From: Mizuhopecten yessoensis
Lineage: Eukaryota
Direction: 5' to 3'
NCBI RefSeq assembly: GCF_002113885.1
Contig: NW_018479869.1
Coordinates: 22,321-83,639 of the forward strand
DNA: 61,319 nucleotides
Made by a program: the position numbers and the translations under genes. The notes beneath the pieces were generated by a model. That model searched no databases. It was not told the DNA's origin and worked only from the letters and a program-made list of their open reading frames with translations. Below, piece by piece: positions 60,716-61,319 of this stretch (positions are counted from its first letter, which is position 1; each line of letters begins with the position of its first letter).

Positions 60716-61319
60716 AGTTTAGTATAGTTTGTATAGTTTAGTATAGTTTGTATAGTGAATATAGTTTGCATAGTTTAGTATAGTTTTGTTTAGTTGAGTA
60801 TAGTTTATTATAAATTGTACAGTTTAGTATATTTTTTATATAGTTTAGTATAGTTTGTATAGTTAAATATAGTTTAGTATAGTTTGTATAGTTAGTTTGT
60901 TTCGTTTAGAATAGTTTGTATATTTTGCATAGTTTAATATATTTTGTATAGTTTGTATAGTTTAGTATATTTTGTATAGTTTAGAATAGTTTGTATATTT
61001 TGTATAGTTTAGTAAAGTTTGTAGATAGTTTAGTATAGTTTGGTATAGTTTGTATGTTTAGTATAGTATAGTTTAGTATAAATTATAGTTTAGTATATTT
61101 CATGTAGTTCAGTATAGTTTGTATGTTTAGTATAGTTTGTCTAGTTTAGTATAGTTTGTATAGGTTAGTATAGTTTGTAGCGCAAAATACTGTTCTTGCT
61201 GCTTTTTTTTTGACATTAACATATATATAAATATACATACAATGTCCATGGGCGTCTAGAATCGCCTATGGGCGTATATATTAACAAATAAGTATAAATT
61301 CACATTTTGATATAAAAAA

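Larger units (their letters stand above)
43200..61180. repeat. Large strand-asymmetric simple satellite of TATAGTTTG / TATAGTTTAG units, interrupted by Gypsy, SINE, LINE and an N gap
   Basis: Read directly: 43200-43715, 51312-56750 and 60716-61180; almost no C on the + strand. Confidence 0.97.

Noticed and set aside
43200-61180. True telomere
   Set aside because: The units are not TTAGGG, the array is heterogeneous, and unique sequence resumes after 61180.

Overview
AT-rich, intron-containing eukaryotic DNA; the repeat and SINE types suggest a mollusc, possibly a bivalve (inference). Host genes: the last four coding exons of an SLC43A3-like MFS transporter (+), and a cluster of three ER-type FKBP paralogues that share one 4-exon structure. 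One paralogue is canonical (FKBP7/14-like, KDEL), one has a degenerate active site (NEEL), and one has its EF-hands replaced by an acidic linker plus Gly/Met repeats (KTEL). The right-hand ~18 kb is a G/T-rich 9-10 bp satellite with an assembly gap. It hosts an RTE-X/CR1-type LINE, a SINE fragment and a young, intact Gypsy LTR retrotransposon (identical 181-bp LTRs, CTTA TSD). The Gypsy element is the most unusual object in the window. It has an extra SGNH/GDSL hydrolase ORF in front of gag, an HhH-capped Gag, a -1 frameshift signal and a PHD finger after the integrase. It also has six related RNA stem-loops bracketing the hydrolase ORF, five with a UCUG-type loop and covarying closing pairs. 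Also present: many minisatellites (one made of a duplicated splice donor), a fold-back junction between two satellites, a minimal hammerhead ribozyme in a Penelope-like remnant, a LINE nested in an FKBP intron, MITE/hairpin elements and tRNA-derived SINEs. The long repetitive ORFs in the ORF track are satellite artefacts.
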